A program made the position numbers and the translations under genes. Under the pieces are notes generated by a model. It had not been told where the DNA came from, did no database searches, and saw only the letters and a program-made list of their open reading frames with translations. Shown one piece after another: positions 13,542 through 25,508 of a stretch of DNA of 64,000 nucleotides (position 1 is the stretch's first letter; each line of letters starts with the position of its first letter). The stretch is from contig CM059429.1 in NCBI GenBank assembly GCA_030390025.1, positions 34,100,001 through 34,164,000 on the forward strand. Direction: 5' to 3'. This DNA comes from Squalus acanthias (Eukaryota).

Positions 13542-13895
13542 CATAAGAACATAAGAAATAGGAGCAGGAGTAGGCCAATTGGCCCCTCGAGCCTGCTCCG
13601 CCATTCAATAAGATCATGGCTGATCTGATCCTAACCGCCAATCTACTATCACAGAACCATCTCCTGAACCTAACAGAATTGGACACACGAAATAGGAGCA
13701 GGATCAGGCTACACGGCCCCTGGGCCCGCTACGCTACCCACAGGGCCATGACCAATCCGAACCTAGACTCATGTCCAAATTCATGCCCGCTCCCCGTAGC
13801 CCTTAATTCCCTTTACTTCTAGGAAACTGTCTATTTCTGTTTTAAATTTATGTAATGATGTAGCTTCTACAGCTTTTTGGGGCAGCATATTCCAT
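13542..13895 (-). mobile_element. CR1 3' fragment with duplicated terminal module
   Basis: (CATAAGAA)2 terminus; near-identical to 46557-46912. Confidence 0.88.
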
Positions 13896-14369
13896 TACTG
13901 TAGTTGGTTGAGGGGGATGCTCCTAGACCATGCCAAAGCCACTGTTAAGGTAGGAGGTGCACAGGAGCAGGTTGTGATAACATTTGTACTCTATATAACC
14001 TTGTTCGGTACTTTTCAATTGTAAATTAATTAAGATCAAGTATTGGGAATAGATGTGTGAACATCTGTGGAGCCTTTGAGTTCCAGTATGCTTCTCACAG
14101 GGTTTATTGAAATTGTGTTCTTAAATTTTTCCTTTAGTTAGTGAAGCCCAGTGAAGGAAAAGCGTTGGGAATGATGTGCATTTGTAAGTGTTTTTCTGAT
14201 CTGACCGACATGGTCACTTACTGATACCAGCCTTTGTTTTATTTCCAGAACTTTTTTTAATTTAAAAAAACAAACTGAATGAATTGAAATTCTCAAACGG
14301 CCATAGTGGGGTTTGAACTTGTTTTTTGGGTTATTAATCTAGGCCTCTGGATTACTAGGCCAGTAACAG

Positions 14370-14775
14370 GATGAGAGTTTTGGATGAGCTGAAATTTATG
14401 GAGGATGAAAGGTCGGACAGCAGAGCTTTGGAATAGTCAAGTTTGGAGGTGACACAAGGCAGATGTGCTGAGGGAGGGGTGGTTGACGCCATAGAGACGG
14501 AAGTAGGTAGCCTTTGTGATCGAGAAGTTATGGGGTCGGAAGCTCAGCTCTGGGTCGAATAGGACAACGAGTTTGAGAACAGTGTAGTTCAACGAATGGA
14601 ATTGGCGGCAAGCGGATGGAGTTTGTGGTGGGACCTGAAGACTATGTCTTCGGTCTTCCTAAATTGCGGTTTATCAAAGTCTGGATGCTGGACAAACAGT
14701 AAGATAACATGGGGGCAGCGGAGGGGTTGAGAGAAGTGGGGGCGAGGTAGTCCTGGCTGTCATGAGCGAACATGT
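14370..14775 (-). mobile_element. L2-like LINE internal fragment
   Basis: gagttttggatgagctgaaattt...gaatagtcaagtttggaggtgac...gctgtcatgagcgaacatgtg resembles the antisense of an L2 RT region (YADD-like motif near 14760). Confidence 0.6.
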
Positions 14776-15267
14776 GTAAGCTGATTTTTTGTCTTTTTTT
14801 AGACTGGGGCAGTAGGTAGATGAGGAAGTTTGTGGTTCGTGACCATTTCTGGCTACTGAACTTTTTAGATGCCTGGGAAAGTCCTGTATGGGCTAGTGAT
14901 TTTGAAACATTGTCCTGCATGGGTGGGCTGAGTTCTTGTCCTGCCTGAAATGTTTGCCATTGGTGATGCCTGCTACCTTTTGGAGGTGCTGGTGGAAGAA
15001 CATCTCTCTGTATTTCCAGCATTCTCTTGAGGCAGGAGCACTGTCGTTTAGTTTACACTCTGCTGTTGAAGTTGACTTCACTGAGGGCTTGGGTTGAGAT
15101 GACTCCTCAAAGGAAAATTCTCTGCCATCTGGTAAAGCAGTAAAAGTATATTTTATAAAATTTAAAATTGCAACACAAGATGTTTGTATGCAACATTGTA
15201 GGAAAGATTTGGAAAACCTTGACTTTGCTGTTGTGAAAGTTTTACTGATTTCACAATGACTAAGTTT

Positions 15268-15605
15268 GTAGCATTTTCACCTGAGTTAGGTTGTAGGTTT
15301 CAAGTTCAAGACCCACTGGATTTGAGTATATAGTTTAGGTTGACACTTCAGTGTGAGCATGGAGGGGTTGCTGCACTGCCAGAGAGACGTTGAATTGAGG
15401 CCCTGTCTTAATTTAACACACTGATCTATCGCACTATTTGAAGCTGGGCAGAGAGTTCTAACCAACATTCCTATCTCAACCGACACCACCTAAAACAGAT
15501 AATCCTATCAATTATTTATTTGATTTGTGGGACCTTGCACTGTGCAAATTGGCTGGGGTCTTTGCTGAGCAAAGTGACGGTAATACATTGTATAAATGCA
15601 AGTTA
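15268..15605 (+). mobile_element. Degenerate Deu-type SINE
   Basis: B-box-like gttcaagaccc, core tgacacttcagtg...gctgcactg...gagacgttgaattgaggccctgtc, tail tataaatgcaagtt. Confidence 0.65.
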
Positions 15606-16435
15606 TTATTTTTTAGCCAAGATATTATTGCAATTCTTGGTGACTATAAAATTTATATTATTTTCCCACAATGAAGGTGAATCCATTTGTTCACCTTCTC
15701 ATGGTTTGTATCAGAAGGTGGGTAGAGAATGGGTTACCTGCTTGTTCTCTAGACTGGAGAAAATATCTTGATGTAAAATTTGCATAGGCCTTGGCCTTTT
15801 TAGGAGGAAATATGGTCTAAAATGAAAGGGAAGCTGAGCAAGCAGCTAGTGCTGATTCACGCTACACTTAAGCAGCATGTGATGCATGACAGCTGATGCA
15901 AGGCAGGGATGAGTGGGCTAGAGTTCAATTAACCTTTCAGTGTTTCTGAAGAATCTGAGGAAATGTAATGTCATTGATTTGGAATTTTTTTGGAAACCAG
16001 TTTAGTGCTATAATAAGAATTTGGGAATACTGTTTTATCTACCTTGTATGTTCTGATATGGCATACAAAGGTGTCAGCTAGCATCACAAGCTAGGAAGAT
16101 GTTTACAAAGTCCAACAGCACTCCAGTAAGCCTGATTTTTCTCATGTCTAAACATTGCTGGTAAAGGATGGTGTTTATCGAAACGTCTTGCGCTCGTAGT
16201 GTTATACCTTTTTCCAAAGGCTTCACCTGATGATGTGGTCGCTGAGGTGCCGCACCTCTGAAGCTTCATATGTCCATAGGCCAAAAAAATAATTTTCTTA
16301 ATAGCTACTTTTCAAAAAATTTCTTGAATCTGATATTTGTCCCCCCATAATTACCATGTGTGTATATATAAAAAAAACTTTACTAAACTGCTCAAATGAT
16401 TTCTTCATACTATTCTCCTTCACCTGAAGTATATA

Positions 16436-16800
16436 CAGGAAACTCTCTTTTAACCGGCACCCAAATAACCGGAAATCTCTCTTAACCGGCAAAATTCTTG
16501 AGTAGGTAACCGGGGTTTTCCTTCATCTCTCCTTTTAAAAATAACTTTAAAAAAGACCCCGAGGCGTTTGCCTTGTATCGGAGCATGTAGATTGGGAGGG
16601 GAATGTGCAGCCCGGGTAGGCAGCGGACACGACAGATGGTCAGCTGGCGGTCCCCGGGGAGACGGAGCTCCGAATGCAGGCGCATGTCAGTGTGTACGGG
16701 GCTCTCGTACGTTGGGAGATATAACTCTCCGTTATCCAGACTTTTTGATTAACTGGCACCACGCCGGTCCCGTCGGTGCCGGTTAATAAAGAGTTTCCTG
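16436..16800. mobile_element. Tc1/mariner-pogo (Tigger-like) MITE
   Basis: TIRs CAGGAAACTCTCTTTTAACCGGCACC and GGTGCCGGTTAATAAAGAGTTTCCTG, flanked by TA on both sides. Confidence 0.9.
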
Positions 16801-17415
16801 TACATAGCTAAAAATAAGATGTATAACATGAATGCACACACTTGGGTAATTCTAAAAGAAAATCGCTAAATTTCCCCATGCAATTGGTTATTTTTAATGT
16901 TAGAAATGCTAAGAAGTTCTGCCACATGGGTCTGGGCTTGGGTTATAGATTTCACTTGGGTGCAGGGGATTCCTAGCTGCTGTGGAAAAATTGAGAAGCA
17001 TCTTGAGAGCTTTGCCCTGCTCCTGTGGAGCTGCAATACCCAGTTTACAATCTGGCATAAAAGTTACAAATAGCACAAGCATGAGCTGTGAGCTTACACC
17101 ATGAAGTAAACATTCTGAGGCATAGGTGTTGGGGTGACATTTCCCTTTGTCACTGAGGGGGACTGATGTTCCTGCGAAGGCCTGAGAGGGATCAGTGAAG
17201 TGCTTTGCTGACCTCAGGATATTCTGACTGGAGTTGGGCCAACCAGGCAAACCACTACCTGTTTAGGTGCTGATTATTTGGACACTAAGCCAATTAAGGA
17301 AAGCTTACGTGGTTTTGAAGTCTTGAGTCTCTTATGCACTTGCATGCTTCCACCAATGCGTTGAATTACTTTTTTATTTTTCATATATCAGATATTCGTC
17401 AAGATGAAAACTTAA

Positions 17416-18154
17416 TGGCCCGGATTTTCGGGGGCCTCTGACCGTACGCGATGCGTACATGGCCGTAAGTGGCCCCGCCCCGCAAGTTCCAGGTTTCCGC
17501 ATGCGGGAAAACCCGGAACCTGCGATCTGTCAAGTTTCAGTTTGAGGGATCCTCCACATCCTCGGGAAATGGACGTTTGCTGGTGGAGAGCTGGGCTATT
17601 TGCCCAGCTACTGCCCAGCGAATACCCATGAAATTCTTACGCCTGGTAAAAGCAGGCGTAGGACTGCCTTTTACCAGCGCAAGAGTTTAAATTAATATAA
17701 AATAAAAAAATTATTTAAACATAAAAACTTTAAAATTAGCTAGGCTATTTTTAGCCCCTTTAAAACGTTTACATTTATTTTTCAAAAAATTCAATTTTTG
17801 TTTTAAATGTTTAATTTAATTGTGTATTAATTTTTGAACATGTAATTTATTTTTATTTAACTGGTGTGTAATTTTGTTTTTATGGGGATTCCTTACTGGG
17901 ATTCTGTACGTAAATGGAATCCCCATAAGCATAATGGGGTTCCCCCTTTTTTATTGGTTGGTCTGGCCCACGTGATCCCAGGGGCGCTTGTGAACCGCAT
18001 GCATCCCGGGATGCGTGGGCCTTTACACATGTGTACGCGTAGAGGCCCAGGGGCGCGAGTCTATGAACCGTTGGAACCATCAGGTAGGTTTGTACTTTTC
18101 TTGCGGTTCGGAGGCATTCGCCTGCAGGAAGCCCCTGACTGTAAATTCAGGCCC
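17416..18154. mobile_element. Non-autonomous TIR element (PIF/Harbinger-like)
   Basis: Imperfect TIRs TGGCCCGGATTTTC and GTAAATTCAGGCCC, CpG-rich arms, AT-rich core; homologous to 38433-38930. Confidence 0.65.
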
Positions 18155-21097
18155 AATATTTGTAGCTTTAAGCAATGCAGAAGCTATGGATGTGTGTAGG
18201 GATTGCCGTATTGCCTTTTTTTGATGTAATCTATTGATCATAGTGAACTATTCTCCTTTAAAACTAACTTTTGTCTTGAATCTAGTGCAAAGAAAAAAGT
18301 AAATTGCAGTTACAGTTCACTTCAGGGAGTTTCGGGATATAGTTTTTACCAACTTACAAGTATGTGAGGTGAAAATGAGTTTTAATCTTTTCCAGTTTGG
18401 AGCATAGTTTTAGATACTGTACTTCTGCCTCCAACAGCACCCCCCCCCAATCTTCTTTCCCATAAGGTTTTTTCTCCTTTTGTGGTATTGTTCTAAGGGT
18501 GCTAATAACCCTTTGGTACCTTGCCCAAGTGGCCATTTTTAGTGCTAATTTGAAATGAGGCTGAGGCCTAAAACCGATCCTGGCATAGTTATCTTTCAAT
18601 CCTGTTTTAAAATGCCATTCTTGATACACTTTTTAGCTTTTGTTGAGTTAATTTTGATAATTGAGTTGTGTTTAGTTCAGAAAAACTTGGGAGTGATGAG
18701 TGCAGAAATGGTTTTCATTTGCTTCGATGCCCACAAAGATTGCAATTTTAAAGGACTGTTTCCTTTTTTAAAAGATGGTGCTTTATTATGCTGAACTCCA
18801 CTAAAGGCATTTATGTTTCCACTTTGCCCTGGAACTAAATCCTATGAAGAAATTGGTGCTCCTGCATCTGTAGCCATTCTTTTAATGCAGTGTAGATGAG
18901 TTTTGGGGGGCGGGCATAGATATTGTTCACCTCGTCCTGACCATCTTGAGTCACAGAAGAGTATTACTGGTAGGCAAATGTTTTAGGATGCTGACTCCTA
19001 TCAACAGATGTTCTTTGCAACCTGTTGGCATAAAGTTTGAAATTCAACACGCCACTATTACTCATGACAGTAACCAGCAGCTTCCATGAAGGGTTGCTGA
19101 ATAACAGCCAGTAGTGGGACCTTGGATGATCTTCTCTCTCCCCTATCCCTCCCTGTGCACGTCCCTTCAGCTTAGTATCTCTATTGCCGCCCTGGCTGAG
19201 AACTGCTAACTCCGCACCGGCCAAAGATTAAACTTCAGTTGTTTGTTGTCGCTAGCTCAGCAGCACACCCTGTGCTTCCCTTACTGAGGGCTAGTGATGC
19301 CCATGGAGCTGTAAGTGTTATTGCTTCAGAAGAAGAGGAGAAGATAGGTGAATGTTATGAGCATGGACAAAAAAGATGTATATTAACCAGGTGTTGTATT
19401 GTAATGGAAGTATAATGTTCACCACTTCTGCTAGTTGTACAGTGGCTGAGAATAGGCTGGCAGATTAGCTTCTTGCTCTGCCAGTGTTTTTCCATAAGTT
19501 ACATGGATGGGCTGAGAGGGGGATGTTACAAGTGATGTGCAATTTTGATAGACTGCTTGACTGAGATGGCACTTGTTTCGACAAACCTCTCTCAGTAGTG
19601 CAATGTGTTACTGGGGAGCTTAAGTTTTCTATACAGCTAAATTTATAAGATCTGTTCATGAATCCATATTTCAAATGTTATAAAATTCTAGCAGTTACTG
19701 CAGTTTTATTATAATATTTTCTTTTACATTTTAATGCGTTTCCTAGTTCTAGTGTTTCTCACTCCCCCAGAAAGGGGAACATGGATGATAGTACTGTATA
19801 CTGATTTTTTTTTTAAAGGGGCTGAAAGGTGGCATGTCTATTGGCAATTTTTGCCACGGAAGAATATTGTGTTTTTACAGTGGTGGTGCCTATCAAATAT
19901 TTGCTGGGATTTAGTTTACATTGACTTGGCATGCTTGCCCAAAGTTCTCGGTCGCTAGCTGTTCAGTTTGCAGTGACTTCTTGCTGTGTAGTACTGTGCC
20001 ACACTCAAAATTTAGATAACTGGGCTTCTCAGTTTTAAGTTGGAAACAAACTGGATGTCTTTTTAAAAAAAAAAAAGTTTTACACATATATATTTCCGTG
20101 TAGTTTCTACTGTTAATGTAAAATTGTACTCTGGTATATCAATGTATTAACAATGTCTGGCAGACAAAGCATCATGTTAATGAAATTGGTGTCCCTTCTA
20201 CCCAAGCTATCTTGAAGCTGTTGACTCTTTACTGAGCTGCAGTTCCATGGGTGCTAGTAGTGACCCATTGGTTCCTTGACTAAGTGACAATTCATGCACC
20301 AGCCTCGACTTCAACTGGCTGTTGATTGCAGGGTGCGCCACAGCTGAGTCTGCTCACGTTCCTGTGCTCTTCCAACAGATTGTTGAATAATGATCGGAAA
20401 ACCCCGGTGGTTTATTTATTCTCTAATCGTGCAGCCAGTTACTGCAGTGGCTAAAACCCTGATCACATCTGGGACTTTCCTTGTCTGTTTGGATTATCGC
20501 CTCAGTGGTTAAATCTGGTTCATTGATGTTTTAAGTAACAACCTTTTTGTTTTTGGATAAACGGAAGAACACTCGTTAAATGATTGTCACCATACTAGGT
20601 TTTTGATTGGTTCCTGAAAAAGAATAAGAATGCCTAAACTTTGTGATGCTGATATATAATTAATAGGGCAATCTGGTATGGCTTTAAAGACGCTCGTAAC
20701 AATGCAAAATACACCCATGCAACAGTAACCACACACAAAGATAAACTGTGAAACTATAATGCTCGTAATTTTCTGAGAGCTTCTGATTTAGGTCTGTGGG
20801 CAATTGCCAAGTGGAGGCTATGCATTGGTCCACAGGAAGAGAGGAAAAAGAAGTAAATCAATACTGGCCAATACTCATTTGAACAGTGGGACCCTTTATG
20901 GAATATGGAATCTGGCATAGCCCTGGAGAGAGAGCAAAGAGAACACAGCACTGAATCCTAGCTCCGTGAACATTGCACTAATGGGCATCCTGTATTTGCA
21001 AGTCATTATGTGCAGGCGGAGGGATCGATAGAAAATTGTAGGGCTTGCACACACAAAACACTTATGCCCAAAATTCCATGATCTTTTAAAGAATAAT

Positions 21098-21463
21098 AAA
21101 GAAAGGACTTGCATTTATACAGTGCCTTACATGATTTCAGGATGTTACAAAGCGCTTTATAGCCACTGAAGTACTTTTGAAATGTAGTCACTGTTGTGAT
21201 GTGGGAAGCATGGCAGCCAATTTGGCCAGGGCATGGGAGAACTGCCCTTCTCTTCGAATCATGCCATGGGATCTTTTACATCCACCTGAGAGCGCAGGCG
21301 GGACCTCAGTTTAACGTCTCATCCAAAAGACAGCACCTCTGACATTTCAGCACTCCCTCATTACTGCTCTAGAGTGTCAGCCTAGATTTTGTGCACAAGT
21401 CGCTGGAGTGGGACTTGAACCCACAACCTTCTGACTCCAGCGAGAATGCTACCTTTAGGCCAC
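21098..21463 (-). mobile_element. Near full-length Deu-domain SINE (SacSINE1-like)
   Basis: Tail, Deu core (gtttaacgtctcatccaaaagacagcacctctgaca...cagcactccctca) and tRNA head (gggacttgaaccc) in the expected antisense order. Confidence 0.85.
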
Positions 21464-21813
21464 AAATTTAATTTGTGCCCAGATTGCACGTGTCTCTGGG
21501 CACAAATAACACTGGGAATTCCAGACCTAGGTGTTTAACTTGCTGGTGGATGGGTGTTTCATTGAAAAAATATTTCAGCATTATTCTACTGAGAACATTT
21601 TTTTATTTCTCATTAAAAGTGTATATACTTGAGCGGTGACATTCAACCTCCTTTTAGTATTGGCAGCTTAGAATTAATGGAATGAACATATAGGTATGAC
21701 TATTATATTAAACTTTCAACATTGGTGATAATCCATAATAGTATATGAAGTGCATTTTTTGATGGACTAATGTCTTGAAACGTGAGATTTTCCTTTTACT
21801 GTTGGCTTGACAG

Positions 21814-21885
21814 AATTGCCAGAGGATCAACATCAACAAGCAGTGACTCTTTAAACAACCTCCTGTTGCAGGACCTTTTGGCAAA
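21814..21885 (+). other. EIF4G1: Putative 72-nt 5' leader exon
   Basis: Acceptor ttttccttttactgttggcttgacag| and donor AAA|GTATGT; no ATG. Starts A ATT GCC AGA GGA (IARG), reminiscent of the IPRG exon in the EIF4G3 N-terminal extension (from memory). Confidence 0.6.
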
Positions 21886-23619
21886 GTATGTACAATTTTA
21901 TTATGGCTTTCTGATTAGTAACTGGGAAGAACTACATTTTAAAAAGAATATAAATGTTAATAGCAATATACTTTCAATAGTTTTGTATCTTCAACTTTTG
22001 AAGCTTACAGTTCTAAATGTGTTTTGGGTTCCTTTTAAAGCAAGCTATTTAGCTTCTAGTTCTAAGTATGGCAACTAATTGGGTAGTGTGTTGGAACATT
22101 GTAGTAGTGGAGTACCAGCTTGAATCTGATTCTCTTGCTGATTCTTGACCTCCGTTATGTCACTGGGTACCTGTCAGGAGATGGTGGGTACTTCCCTCTT
22201 GGAGGGAGAACTGAGAGTCATCTAGAGCCACAGCTCTGTTGCTTTTGCTGGAGGCCTGACAGGAGGTTGACTGCAGATGGCAACATTTTTAGTTAGCGGT
22301 TGGAGGAAGAATGCAAGAATGTATGCACCCTGAAGAGGCAAAAGGCAAAATGTATTAGTTAAATGAAGCTTGTCTGATTATAAGGCAGTAATCTATTCCA
22401 AGCTCTTTGATCCCCACAATTACATTAGTCTGTCAAAAACTCCCTAGTATTTGTTTATAATTAAGCTGTCTAACGTTGGAATTAAATGCAATAATTCCTT
22501 TTTCTGTCGTCGTCGTCCCCCTCCCCCCAACCTTCACTTTCCCTGAGAAGATGAATTCCAAAATCAGGGTTAAACTTATACTGCAGTTCTGATGTGATGT
22601 AAACAACTGCTTTTCTTGTTAGGCTGACAGACAACTTTATTTTTTCTCCACATTGGTGGGTGGCAGTGTACTGTCAATCACCTGCCATGTACAGTTAACT
22701 GAATCACATTCCATGCAGAGGGGTGCTAATGATGCACATCAACTTATTTCAGTATTATCCTTTGAAGACAGTAATAAGTGCTTATTTTAATTCAGTCCAA
22801 ATCCATTTTTCTAATTAAACCCAAATTTTTGTCCAAAGTATTTTTATTTTTGACGTTAAAATATGTATTTGCTCACTGCAGAATCCATATATTCAATTTT
22901 ATGTGGAGGTTTTATTCGGTTTTGATGCATTCTTTTAAGTGCTCTTGCACTCCGATTACGGGATGAAGTTACAGTTGTTTCCTTTATGTAAACATTACTG
23001 CAGGTTTATTGATTTAAATCTGATAAAATGTTCAGTCTTTTTTTGGTAGGACATGTGCTTTTTTTGGGAGAAGGGTCACGAGTTTAATGCTAGAAAAGGG
23101 ATCTGGAGCTGACTTAAAACATAGAGGACGGTTCATTTATGTTCACTATGTACTGCATTGCAGCAGTGGAGTCTTTTGACTATGGGCATTTATGATCTAG
23201 AATATGTCAGCACCTTGAAGAGGGCAAGAAAGTAGAAAGTGTGCAGAATGGGGGTGTTGGAGAGAGAAAAGAGGAGGAAGACCATAGCAATACCAAACCT
23301 GAAGTTTGTGACGTACCCTGCATGGCTAAAGAGGCTGCCACATAGTTTTGTGCAGTTGTGCACCACTTGCACTGCAGCTACCGAAATAATCTTAGTATGA
23401 CCGTATGAAATCAATAAGATTTGTGCATACCTGCTATAATACCACAGGAATTTAGTACTGCACAAAGAAACCTGGCCTCTCCTGAAAACCACGAAAGCAC
23501 CTTTTAAAAAATATTCTGGCCACATTTTCCCATCTTAAGTGTACTTTTCTCCCCTTCATAAACCTGTATGTTACCATTTAAATTTTTTGAACACCAATGA
23601 TAGTTCACTGGCCATACCG

Positions 23620-24090
23620 TCTTCTGCACACACGGCATTTGGTTCCACAGGTGTGGGTTGCCCTCTAGTGCCCTACCCTAGTGGCATTCTTCATGTATGA
23701 GCCTCGACAGTGACTGTTGGCAAGCTATTCCACTGTGTGGGACATCACAACCGAGTCTTGATTTTTTTTCCCCCTGAGCCTGAGGTCCACTCGTGCATTT
23801 TCTAGTGATTATAGTGGGGCAGTAAGAGTAAGCAGACTATTTGACAATTGGGTGAATCAAAGCTGAGTTTGTCCTCCAAACATGTATTTTCTAGTAGTGG
23901 TCACTGGATAGCAATCAAGAACAGGAGTACTAGCTGATTTCTTTTTTCTCTCGACTTCCCTAGTCCAGGAGTGCTGAGGCCAATTGTAGCACTTCAACTG
24001 CCACCTCAGTTGACGTCAGCTAACTGAGTACAGATCAGGGATGGGAACTTTTGGTCTGTGTGGGTAAGTTCCACACTGAACAGTGCATTC
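23620..24090 (-). mobile_element. AmnSINE2-like SINE (partly duplicated)
   Basis: ctgaggccaattgtagcac, gtcagctaactgagtacagatcaggg and cattcttcatgtatgagcct match the antisense of the AmnSINE2-type body as recalled. Confidence 0.6.
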
Positions 24091-25232
24091 ATGTCCATTT
24101 TGAATGGAATAAGGTTAAGGTTCTGGGTAATGATGTAATGTGCTTTCAATTATAGTAGTGTCTCACTTTTTGAATTTTACTGATGGAAAAAAAATGGTTA
24201 ATAAATTGCAATTTAGCTTCAAATCATTCCTGGATTGAATAAAGACTTGTGACAGGGTCTTAGATGTTATGCTTCAGTCCATAAACAATTAGTCTTGTGT
24301 TTTCCTTTCTCCCCCTCTTTCCTCCCTCCCCACCCCGACAACAAAATTGTAATTTTAACTTAACCCAGAGTCAGGAGTCTTGAGTGACAAACTTTATTGG
24401 AATAGAAAAATTTACACATTCTCCAAATTCATGCAATATACGATAGTTGCCACTTGCTGACCTCTACAACAATTACTGTCCTAATCATGTAAAATTGGAT
24501 TTAAAAGCCCGAGCAGCATTAAACTGGGAGTAAAATAAGTGGCCTCTCGGACAAACCTGTTGTGTTTTTGTTTGTTTTCCTAGTTTTTCCTCATTGAAGT
24601 AAATCAGTCATGCTTATTTTTGTAGGAACCTTCTGTTGATGATCTTGTGTAAACCTGGAGTGTTTGGTTATTCAGCAGTGGAATATACTATTCCTGGCCA
24701 CACATGCTCTTTTTTTCAGCCTGAAAAATGCTGATTTTTGTCTTCTGGCAGTGGCTTTACCCATTGAGCCATTAACTTTATTTATCACTAAAGTTCAAAA
24801 TGGGGTCACTGTTGTAGGGAAATCTTTAGAGTAAGGACAACACTATTGTACATTAGTTTCCATACTGTGACCTGATATGTAGAGTTTTTGAAATGTCTGT
24901 GACTTTTTGATTGAGATAACTTAACAATTTGACGAACTGGAAGTTGCATAAAATAGAATGGAATTTGAAAGTCAAACCTTGAATACTGCTCAAGATGAAT
25001 GTTTGTTTATTTTCAACAATTGTTGAGTCAGTATCTGTTGAACTAGCAGGATTTTGAACTTTCACCTGTTTTAAAGGAAAATAAACTACTTATTGTAGCT
25101 TGAGCCAACTGTTAGACCTAATCCGATTCTTTATTCTCTTGTATTGTAAATTGTAAAACTAGATGTGTTGATCAGTACCGCAGCTTTGATTTGCCTTTTG
25201 ATTGTAGGTTTCACAACAAGTAGGGGCTCCAC

Positions 25233-25253
25233 ATGCTGTGCCACATGAAATGA
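25233..25253 (+). promoter_or_regulatory. Upstream ORF MLCHMK* whose stop overlaps the main ATG
   Basis: ATG CTG TGC CAC ATG AAA TGA; the main ATG is 25250-25252 (aaA TGA). Confidence 0.75.
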
Positions 25254-25321
25254 ACAAAGGACCCCAACCTATTGGAGGACCTCCAGCTGCCCCACATCCC
25301 CCCCCTTCTGGAATCTCTCAG
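25250..25321 (+). CDS. EIF4G1: eIF4G1 coding exon 1 (exon begins 25208): MNKGPQPIGGPPAAPHPPPSGISQ
   Basis: Acceptor ttgattgtag|25208, ATG at 25250, donor CAG|GTGAAT, 24 codons. Resembles human eIF4G1 [20 protein letters not shown]. Confidence 0.93.
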
Positions 25322-25418
25322 GTGAATAAAGGCCGTGAATTGGTTTTAGTTTCTAAATGTTGGGTGACTTGACTGTCAGTGACCCTCCAATTAACCATGT
25401 TTTTCATTCTGTTTGTAG

Positions 25419-25508
25419 ACCGCCTATCCCTCTGGCCAGACAACTGCTACAGTAGTTTTTGCACCACAGCAATCTCCACAAATGAACACTCAACCACAAC
25501 CACGGCAG
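25419..25508 (+). CDS. EIF4G1: eIF4G1 coding exon 2: TAYPSGQTTATVVFAPQQSPQMNTQPQPRQ
   Basis: Acceptor tttgtag|, donor CAG|GTAAGA, 90 nt, phase 0/0. Similar to human [29 protein letters not shown]. Confidence 0.95.

Noticed and set aside
24818-24830. 13-nt candidate microexon (tag|GGAAATCTTTAGA|gtaagg) that would join the IARG frame of the leader exon to the main frame
   Set aside because: No polypyrimidine tract; the frame fit has a one-in-three chance; no supporting similarity.
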